A DNA stretch of 32,000 bases from Mycolicibacterium smegmatis. Lineage in GTDB: Bacteria; Actinomycetota; Actinomycetes; Mycobacteriales; Mycobacteriaceae. This document shows, piece by piece, positions 25,325 to 32,000 of this stretch. The translations under genes and the position numbers were made by a program. How positions within the stretch are numbered: the stretch's first letter is position 1; each line of letters begins with the position of its first letter. The stretch covers positions 2,310,001-2,342,000 of the forward strand of contig NZ_LN831039.1 in NCBI RefSeq assembly GCF_001457595.1, written 5' to 3'. Under the pieces are notes generated by a model. It was not told the origin of the DNA. It saw nothing but the letters and a program-made list of their open reading frames with translations, and searched no databases.

Positions 25325-26866
25325 ATGACCAGCAGCGCAACAGCACCGGGACCCGACGTGGCCGACCCGTCCGGCGACCACCGCGACCTCGCGGAGTTCG
25401 GTTACGACCAACAACTGCATCGCCGGCTCGGCCGGTTCGAGTCGTTCGCCGCGGGGTTCTCCTTCGTGTCGATCCTGACGACGATCTTCCAGTTGTTCGG
25501 TCTGGGCTTCGGCTTCGGCGGGCCCGCCTTCTTCTGGACCTGGCCCGCGGTGTTCGTGGGGCAGTTCCTCGTCGCCCTGTGTTTCGCCGAACTCGCCGCG
25601 CGTTACCCGATCTCGGGCGCCATCTACCAGTGGTCGCGACGCATGGGCGGTGAGGTGATCGGCTGGTTCGGGGGCTGGTTCGTGATCCTCGCCCAGATCG
25701 TCACCGCATCGGCCGCCGCGATCGCCCTGCAGGTGGTGCTCCCGACGATCTGGCCGGGATTCCAGATCATCGGCGACGACCCGGCCCTCACCTCGGCCAG
25801 CGGCGCCACCAACGCGGTGCTGCTCGGCACCGTCCTGCTGGTGGTCACGACCACCATCAACTGCCTTGGCGTCAAATGGATGTCACGCGTCAACAGCGCA
25901 GGTGTGGTGTGCGAGATCGTCGGCGTCATCGCGGTCATCGGCGTGTTCTTCACGCACGCCCAGCGCGGTCCGCAGGTCGTGTTCGACACCGGCCACGCCG
26001 GCGGGCAACCCGGCTACATCTGGGCCTGGATCGTGTCGGGCCTGATGGCCGCCTACGTCATGGTGGGCTTCGGTTCGGCGGGCGAACTCGCCGAGGAGAC
26101 CCGCAACCCGCGCCGGGTGGCGCCACGCACCATCCGCCTGGCGCTTTCGGTGTCCGCGCTCGGCGGTGGCCTGATGATCCTCGGGGCGCTCATGGCCGCA
26201 CCGAGCCTCACCGACGGCCGGTTGGCCACCGAGGGCCTGCCGTATGTGCTCGACACCGTGCTGTCCTCGCCGTGGGGCACCGTCCTGCTCATCGACGTGT
26301 GCATCGCGATCACCATCTGCACGTTGGCAATTCAGACCGCGGCCTCACGGCTGATGTTCTCGATGGCCCGCGACGGCCGGCTGCCCGCCTCGGCGATCCT
26401 GGCAAAGGTCAACGGCCGCACCGGAACCCCGATCTGGCCGTCGGTGCTGATCGGCGTGCTGTGCATCGCGGTGCTGCTGGTCAACGTGGGCAACTCCGCG
26501 ATCTTCGCGACCCTGGCCAGCGTGTGCATCATCCTGATCTACCTGGCGTACCTGATGGTCACCGCGCCTCTGCTGTACCGCAGGTTCAAAGGCTGGCCCG
26601 CACAACGCAACCAGGTCGACGCCGAAGGACTGCCGCTGTTCTCGCTCGGCAGGTTCGGCATCGTGGTCAACGTGCTCGCGGTGCTGTACGGCGCCGTGAT
26701 GATCGTCAACCTTGGCTGGCCGCGAGCCGAGATCTTCAACCCCACCGGGGAATACCCCGTCCTGCAGTGGGCGGGCCCGCTGAGCATCGCCGCCACGGTG
26801 CTGCTCGGTGCGCTGTGCTTCCCGCGCGGCAAGACACATCCGAAACCCGTCACGATCGGAGCCTGA
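25325..26866 (+). CDS. APC-superfamily amino acid/guanidine-type permease
   Basis: 513 aa, about 12 TM segments. FAGFSFVSILTTIFQLFGLGFGFGGPAFFWTWP, ARYPISGAIYQWS, EETRNPRRVAPRTI. Confidence 0.88.
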   Translation: MTSSATAPGPDVADPSGDHRDLAEFGYDQQLHRRLGRFESFAAGFSFVSILTTIFQLFGLGFGFGGPAFFWTWPAVFVGQFLVALCFAELAARYPISGAIYQWSRRMGGEVIGWFGGWFVILAQIVTASAAAIALQVVLPTIWPGFQIIGDDPALTSASGATNAVLLGTVLLVVTTTINCLGVKWMSRVNSAGVVCEIVGVIAVIGVFFTHAQRGPQVVFDTGHAGGQPGYIWAWIVSGLMAAYVMVGFGSAGELAEETRNPRRVAPRTIRLALSVSALGGGLMILGALMAAPSLTDGRLATEGLPYVLDTVLSSPWGTVLLIDVCIAITICTLAIQTAASRLMFSMARDGRLPASAILAKVNGRTGTPIWPSVLIGVLCIAVLLVNVGNSAIFATLASVCIILIYLAYLMVTAPLLYRRFKGWPAQRNQVDAEGLPLFSLGRFGIVVNVLAVLYGAVMIVNLGWPRAEIFNPTGEYPVLQWAGPLSIAATVLLGALCFPRGKTHPKPVTIGA

Positions 26867-26868
26867 TC

Positions 26869-27711
26869 ATGTCTGTGACCACAGCCGCCACGGCTACCAC
26901 GGCAGGCGCGCGCGCCCACGCCCGCGCCCAGGCCGGAACCATCACCGACTCGATGCCCGTCGTCCCGGCGTCACGCTGGCCCAACCCGCCCGCCGGCGTG
27001 GCCGCCGAGAATCTGACCTGGGCCGAGACCGTCCCGGGCGGCCGGTACACCACCAAGGTGCTCGCACGCGGCACACGACTACGCCTGCGGGACCTGACCG
27101 GTACGGCGTGCGCGCACCTGCTGCTCTGGCGCGCCGACGCCCCGTGGGAACGACTCAACGTCGCCGACACCGTGAAAGTACCCTGGCAGGCCTACCTTTC
27201 GACAGGGCACCCACTGCTCAGCGATCAGGGCCGGGTGCTGGCCACCATCGAGTCGGACACCTCGGGTCACCACGACGCGCTGTGCGGCACCACGACCCTG
27301 GCGGGCAACACCGCGAAGTACGGCGCGGGCAGTGCCGAATCGGCAAGTCCCGCAGGGCGCGAACTGCTGGCCCTCGCCGCGCTCAAGAACGGCCTCACCC
27401 GCCGTGACGTCGCACCCAGCGTGTCGTTCTTCCACGGCATCTGGGTCGACGGCGACGGCGCGCTGGTGTCCACCGGTTCCGCGGGCGCCGACACCGCAGT
27501 CGAACTCATCCTTCACCTGCCGCTGATCGTGGCCATCGCCAACACGGCCCACCCGCTGGATCCGGCCCCCGAGTTCGAGGTCGGGTCCCTGGAGGTCCTC
27601 GCATGGCGTGCCCAGGAGGACCTCGCCGGGATCGGGGCGTCGCTGCACGACCGCGATCCCGAATACCAACGCGCGTACCTCAATTCCGAAGACGTCTGGA
27701 GTGCCCGATGA
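26869..27711 (+). CDS. DUF1989 urea carboxylase-associated protein 2; family described as a carboxyguanidine deiminase subunit
   Basis: 280 aa from MSVTTAATATTAGARAHARAQ. RLRLRDLTGTACAHLLLWRADAPWERLNVADTVKVPWQAYLSTGHPLLSDQGRVLATIESDT. The track ORF start at 25876 is over-extended. Confidence 0.85.
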   Translation: MSVTTAATATTAGARAHARAQAGTITDSMPVVPASRWPNPPAGVAAENLTWAETVPGGRYTTKVLARGTRLRLRDLTGTACAHLLLWRADAPWERLNVADTVKVPWQAYLSTGHPLLSDQGRVLATIESDTSGHHDALCGTTTLAGNTAKYGAGSAESASPAGRELLALAALKNGLTRRDVAPSVSFFHGIWVDGDGALVSTGSAGADTAVELILHLPLIVAIANTAHPLDPAPEFEVGSLEVLAWRAQEDLAGIGASLHDRDPEYQRAYLNSEDVWSAR

Positions 27712-28331
27712 CCACCACGTTCGAAGCTCAGATCATCGCCGACGAGACCGTCGCGCCCCGCGCGCCGTGGTCGAAGATCGTGCGGGCGGGGGACGTGCTC
27801 ACCATCGTCGACCTGCACGGAAATCAGGCCGTCGACACGTTGTTCTACGGTGCCGACGACCACGGCATCCGCTACAGCGCCCCGGCCACGATCGCCGCAC
27901 AGGGCAACATCTTCCTGACCACGGGCACGGTGCTGCGCGACAGCGACGGTGCGCCGATGCTGACGATCATCGACGACGAGGTGGGCAACCACGACACCCT
28001 CGGCGGCGCGTGCTCGCAGGAGTCCAACACCCTGCGCTACGGACACCACACCAAACACCAGCACGCGTGCGTCGAGAACTTCATCGGCGAAGGCGCGCGG
28101 TGGGGCCTGACGAAGGCCGACATCGTCAGCAACATCAACTTCTTCATGAACGTCCCGGTGGATCCCGACGGTTCGCTGGGCATCGTCGACGGCCTGTCGG
28201 CGCCTGGCAAGAAACTGTCGCTGCGCGCCGAGATCGACACGCTGGTGCTGATCTCCAACTGCCCGCAGATCAACAACCCGTGCAACGGTTTCGACCCCAC
28301 CGCGGTGCGCATGGTGGTGACCCGGGGATGA
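27708..28331 (+). CDS. DUF1989 urea carboxylase-associated protein 1; family described as a carboxyguanidine deiminase subunit
   Basis: 207 aa from MTTTFEAQIIADETVAPRAPWSKIVRAGDVLTIVDLHGNQAVDTLFY, ending CNGFDPTAVRMVVTRG. ATGA overlap with the previous gene. Confidence 0.86.
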   Translation: MTTTFEAQIIADETVAPRAPWSKIVRAGDVLTIVDLHGNQAVDTLFYGADDHGIRYSAPATIAAQGNIFLTTGTVLRDSDGAPMLTIIDDEVGNHDTLGGACSQESNTLRYGHHTKHQHACVENFIGEGARWGLTKADIVSNINFFMNVPVDPDGSLGIVDGLSAPGKKLSLRAEIDTLVLISNCPQINNPCNGFDPTAVRMVVTRG

Positions 28332-30322
28332 GGACAGCGGAGGTCCTCAGGCCCGGCATGGCCACCACGATCCAGGACTGGCCGGGCCGGATCGGGTACT
28401 GGCAGGTCGGCGTCCCGCCGTCCGGGCCCATGGACGACGTGTCGTTCCGGCTCGCCAACATCGCCGTCGGCAACCCCGAGGGTGCACCCGCCCTGGAGGC
28501 CACGATGGGTGGCCCGGCACTGCGGTTCGACACCGACACCTGGGTGTGCGTCACCGGCGCGCCCGCGCCGGTGAGCATCGACGGCACCAGAGTGCCCCAG
28601 TGGCAACCGGTTCTGGTGCAGGCAGGCCAACTGCTCGACGTCGGCATGGTCGCCGGACCCGGACTGCGGATCTACCTCGCCGTCGCAGGCGGCCTGCACG
28701 CCGACGAATACCTCGGCAGCGCAGCCACCTTCACCCTCGGCGGCTTCGGGGGACACCAGGGACGGGTGCTCGGCGCGGGCGACAAACTCGAGATCACCGA
28801 CAACCTGACCGGAACACGCAGGCGCATCCTGTCCGACGAGCAACCGGCGATCACCTCGCACTGGAACATCGCCGTCACCGTGGGCCCGCACTCGGCGCCG
28901 GAGTTCTTCACACCGGCCGACATCGACACCGTGCTGGGGCACGACTACGAGGTGCACTTCAACTCCGACCGCACCGGCGTGCGCCTGATCGGGCCCAAGC
29001 CCGAATGGGCGCGGCCCGACGGAGGCGAGGCCGGGCTGCACCCGTCGAACATCCACGACAACGCCTACTCGGTCGGCTCGCTCGACTTCACCGGAGACAC
29101 ACCGATTCTGCTCGGCCCCGACGGGCCCAGCCTGGGCGGCTTCGTCTGCCCGGTGACCGTCACCTCCGCCGACCGCTGGAAGCTGGGCCAACTCGCCCCG
29201 GGCGCCACCGTGCGATTCGTCGCGGTCCGCGAGGCCGCCGCGGCGCCTGCCGACACCGTGACACGCGCGCGACGCGCCTACCTGCCCGCGGTGTTCTCCA
29301 CCGGCGGTGACACCGACAACGGGATCCTCGGCCACACCACCTCGTCGGACGGCACCGTCGATGTGACGTACCGGCGCACCGGCGACGACAACGTGCTGGT
29401 CGAATACGGCGAGATGCGACTCGATCTCGCGCTGCGCGCACGGGTACACGCCCTGCACCACGCGCTGGAGAACCACCGGCCCGACGGTCTGATCGACCTG
29501 ACGCCCGGGGTGCGCTCACTGCAGGTGAAGGTGGACCCGGTGCGCCTGCCGGTCTCGGCACTCGTGCCGTTGCTCACCGAGATCGAGGCGTCCCTGCCGG
29601 CGGCACAGGAGCTCGTCGTGCCCAGCCGCACGGTCCGCCTGCCCCTGAGCTGGGACGACCCCGCCACGCGCGAGGCCATCGAACGTTACATGCACGGTGT
29701 GCGCGCCGACGCGCCGTGGTGCCCGTGGAACATCGAGTTCATCCGGCGCATGAACGGGCTGGCGTCGGTCGACGACGTCCACCGGATCGTCTACGACGCC
29801 GAGTATCTGGTGCTCGGGCTGGGTGATGTCTACCTCGGTGCGCCGGTCGCGACGCCCCTGGACCCGCGGCACCGGCTGGTCACCACCAAGTACAACCCGG
29901 CCCGCACCTGGACCCCGGAGAACGCGGTCGGCATCGGCGGCGCCTACCTGTGCATCTACGGCATGGAGGGCCCGGGCGGCTACCAGTTCGTCGGCCGCAC
30001 CACCCAGATCTGGAATCACCGCCACCCGCTGCCCGCGCACGGCTTCGAGCCCGAACATCCGTGGCTGCTACGCTTTTTCGACCGCATCAGCTGGTATCCC
30101 GTCTCGGCGGAAGAACTGCTGGACCTGCGTGCCGACATGGCGGCGGGCCGCGGCCACGTCGACATCACCGACGGGGTGTTCGCGCTCGCCGAGCACGACG
30201 CGTTCCTCGCCGAGAACGCCGACGACATCGCCGCGACGCGCGCGACAATGGAAGCCGCGCGCGCCGAGGAACGTCAACGCTGGTCGGACGCAGGAGAATT
30301 CGCACGAAAGGAATCCGCGTGA
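28328..30322 (+). CDS. Urea/guanidine carboxylase-type protein comprising only the two carboxyltransferase domains (KipA-like + KipI-like)
   Basis: 664 aa. EVLRPGMATTIQDWPGRIGYWQVGVPPSGPMDDVSFRLAN, DFTGDTPILLGPDGPSLGGFVCPVTV, LTPGVRSLQVKVDP, NGLASVDDVHRIVYDAEYLVLGLGDVYLGAPVATPLDPRHRLVTTKYNPARTWTPENAVGIGGAYLCIYGMEGPGGYQFVGRT. No biotin carboxylase or biotinyl domain present. Confidence 0.9.
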   Translation: MRTAEVLRPGMATTIQDWPGRIGYWQVGVPPSGPMDDVSFRLANIAVGNPEGAPALEATMGGPALRFDTDTWVCVTGAPAPVSIDGTRVPQWQPVLVQAGQLLDVGMVAGPGLRIYLAVAGGLHADEYLGSAATFTLGGFGGHQGRVLGAGDKLEITDNLTGTRRRILSDEQPAITSHWNIAVTVGPHSAPEFFTPADIDTVLGHDYEVHFNSDRTGVRLIGPKPEWARPDGGEAGLHPSNIHDNAYSVGSLDFTGDTPILLGPDGPSLGGFVCPVTVTSADRWKLGQLAPGATVRFVAVREAAAAPADTVTRARRAYLPAVFSTGGDTDNGILGHTTSSDGTVDVTYRRTGDDNVLVEYGEMRLDLALRARVHALHHALENHRPDGLIDLTPGVRSLQVKVDPVRLPVSALVPLLTEIEASLPAAQELVVPSRTVRLPLSWDDPATREAIERYMHGVRADAPWCPWNIEFIRRMNGLASVDDVHRIVYDAEYLVLGLGDVYLGAPVATPLDPRHRLVTTKYNPARTWTPENAVGIGGAYLCIYGMEGPGGYQFVGRTTQIWNHRHPLPAHGFEPEHPWLLRFFDRISWYPVSAEELLDLRADMAAGRGHVDITDGVFALAEHDAFLAENADDIAATRATMEAARAEERQRWSDAGEFARKESA

Positions 30323-31989
30323 CGGGCAAGATCGACGAGATCTACCGCAGGATCGAGCAGAGCGGCCGGTCCGAGGTGTTCATCCACCTGCGGCCGCAGG
30401 ACCAGGTGGAGGCCGACCACGCGTCCGCCACGAGTGGCCCGCTGGCCGGTCTGGTGCTCGCGGTCAAGGACAACGTCGACGTCGCCGGACTGCCCACCAC
30501 CGCGGCCTGTCCGGGATACAGCTTCGTGCCCGACACCGACGCCCCCGTCGTGGCCGTCCTGAAGGCCGCGGGCGCTGTCGTCATCGGCAAGACCAACCTC
30601 GACCAGTTCGCCACCGGCCTCGTCGGAACCCGCAGCCCCTACGGCCCGGTACGCAACGCCCAACGTCCCGAATACATCTCGGGCGGTTCGAGTTCCGGGT
30701 CGGCCGTTGCGGTCGCACTCGGCTTCGCCGACATCGCGATCGGCACCGACACCGCAGGCTCCGGGCGTGTGCCCGCCGGACTGCAGGGCATCGTCGGTAT
30801 CAAGCCGACCCTCGGCGTGGTCCCGAACACCGGTGTGGTGCCCGCGTGCGCGAGCTATGACTGCGTGACGATCTTCGCCGCCGACCTGCCGACCGCACAG
30901 GCCGCGATGGGTGTCATGGCCACCGCCGAACCGCACCGCGCGTGGCCCGCCGATCTCATGTTGGCCGCGCCGCCTGCGCCCAGGGTCGCGGTGCCCGCGC
31001 AGGTGCCCGAACTCGACGTGGCGTGGCAGGCTGCGTTCACCGAGGCGGTGCAGCGCGCGCAGGCCGCCGGGTTCGAAACCGTGCCCATCGACATGACGCC
31101 GTTCTTCGCCGCGGCGGACCTGCTGTACAACGGGGCACTCGTGGCCGAACGATGGGACGCCGTCGGCGAATTCATCGAAAGCGCCGGGCCGGGCGCCGGG
31201 CTGGACCCGACCGTGTCGGCGATCATCAGCGCCGCGGGCAGGCACTCGGCCGCCGACCTGCTGCGCGACCGTCGCCGCGTCGAGCACCTCCGCGACGAGG
31301 CGTTCGCAGCCCTCGCGGGATGCGATGCGCTGTTGGTGCCCACCGCGCCCGAGCATCCGCGTATTGCCGACGTCGCCGCCGACCCGATCGGGGTGAACGC
31401 GCGCATGGGGCGGTTCACCAATTTCTGCAACCTGTTCGACATGTGTGCCATCGCGATCCCGGCGGGCACCACCTCCGACGGCGCGCAGTTCGGCATCACG
31501 CTGCTGGCGCCGGCGTTCGGTGATGCCGTCGTCGCCGATCTCGCGGCGCGTTTCCTCGCTGTGCCCGCCGCGGCGTCGTGGGCTGAGGCCGCCACGGAGG
31601 TCACCGAGATCGCCGTGTTCGGAGCGCATCTGCGTGGGCAACCGCTGGAGCACGAGCTCACCGGACGCGGTGCGCGCTGGGGCGGGCCGGTGGTCACCGC
31701 GCCGCACTACCGGCTGTTCGCCCTCGACACCGAGCCCCCCAAACCGGGCCTGGTGCGCGTCGACAGCGACGGATCCGCGATCGAGGGGGAGCGGTGGGTG
31801 CTCTCACCCGCGGCACTCGGTGAGTTCCTCGCCGAACTGCCCGCCCCGATGCTGCTCGGCAAGGTCGAGTTGAGCGACGGCCGTTGGGTGACGGGTTTCG
31901 GCTGCGACCATGCCGCGCCTGCACACGGCCGCGACATCACGGAGTTCGGCGGGTGGCTCCGGGCCCAGTCGGCCCTTTCGGCTCGATAG
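30319..31989 (+). CDS. atzF: Allophanate hydrolase
   Basis: 556 aa. Amidase signature VKDNVDVAGLPTTAACP...YISGGSSSGSAVAVALG...GTDTAGSGRVPAGLQGIVGIKPT, plus an allophanate hydrolase C-terminal domain. GTG start overlaps the upstream stop. Confidence 0.9.
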   Translation: MTGKIDEIYRRIEQSGRSEVFIHLRPQDQVEADHASATSGPLAGLVLAVKDNVDVAGLPTTAACPGYSFVPDTDAPVVAVLKAAGAVVIGKTNLDQFATGLVGTRSPYGPVRNAQRPEYISGGSSSGSAVAVALGFADIAIGTDTAGSGRVPAGLQGIVGIKPTLGVVPNTGVVPACASYDCVTIFAADLPTAQAAMGVMATAEPHRAWPADLMLAAPPAPRVAVPAQVPELDVAWQAAFTEAVQRAQAAGFETVPIDMTPFFAAADLLYNGALVAERWDAVGEFIESAGPGAGLDPTVSAIISAAGRHSAADLLRDRRRVEHLRDEAFAALAGCDALLVPTAPEHPRIADVAADPIGVNARMGRFTNFCNLFDMCAIAIPAGTTSDGAQFGITLLAPAFGDAVVADLAARFLAVPAAASWAEAATEVTEIAVFGAHLRGQPLEHELTGRGARWGGPVVTAPHYRLFALDTEPPKPGLVRVDSDGSAIEGERWVLSPAALGEFLAELPAPMLLGKVELSDGRWVTGFGCDHAAPAHGRDITEFGGWLRAQSALSAR

Positions 31990-32000
31990 GCTCTATAGCC

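Noticed and set aside
27608-28327. Upstream extension of the 904-aa ORF 27608-30322
   Set aside because: Residues before MRTAEVLRPGMATT are out-of-frame translation across the DUF1989 gene; true start 28328 overlaps the previous stop.
28037-29476. 479-aa minus-strand ORF
   Set aside because: Shadow of the carboxyltransferase-domain gene.
1-32000. CRISPR arrays, tRNA/rRNA genes, IS elements or prophage
   Set aside because: No regularly spaced repeats, cloverleaf-like sequences, rRNA motifs, transposase ORFs or flanking terminal repeats were recognised; a formal scan (tRNAscan-SE, CRISPR finder, ISfinder) was not run.

Overview
High-GC actinobacterial chromosome segment. Gene content and the helD context resemble Mycolicibacterium smegmatis, but that is recall and was not searched. 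It reads as four blocks. (1) ~2.0-15.1 kb is a candidate catabolic regulon of unknown substrate: flavin-dependent oxidoreductase, aldehyde dehydrogenase, split transketolase, M24-fold protein, small lipoprotein ORF, 3-hydroxyisobutyrate-dehydrogenase-type enzyme, AccD/A-type carboxyltransferase, CaiB-type CoA-transferase, MatC/SLC13-type transporter and two GntR/FCD regulators. Intergenic copies of a palindrome close to AGTGGCTnAGCCACT tie it together. Two enzymes have altered catalytic motifs: the transketolase N-half has GYLGQ where GHPGG is usual, and the M24 protein has Cys where a metal-ligand Asp is usual. (2) ~15.1-17.8 kb holds a HelD/HelR-type helicase behind a RAE-like palindrome, followed by a compact Pth2-like ORF. 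(3) ~17.8-25.2 kb holds two NtaA/SoxA-like monooxygenases, a truncated DUF417 remnant, a tandem double-TetR regulator, an ICMT-like methyltransferase/TetR divergent pair with duplicated operators, and a nucleotidyltransferase-Fic pair whose Fic carries an apparent in-cis VbhA-like antitoxin segment. (4) 25.3-32 kb is a permease / DUF1989 pair / carboxyltransferase-only urea(guanidine)-carboxylase homologue / allophanate hydrolase operon, probably for guanidine or urea nitrogen. A carboxylic acid reductase 3' fragment opens the window.
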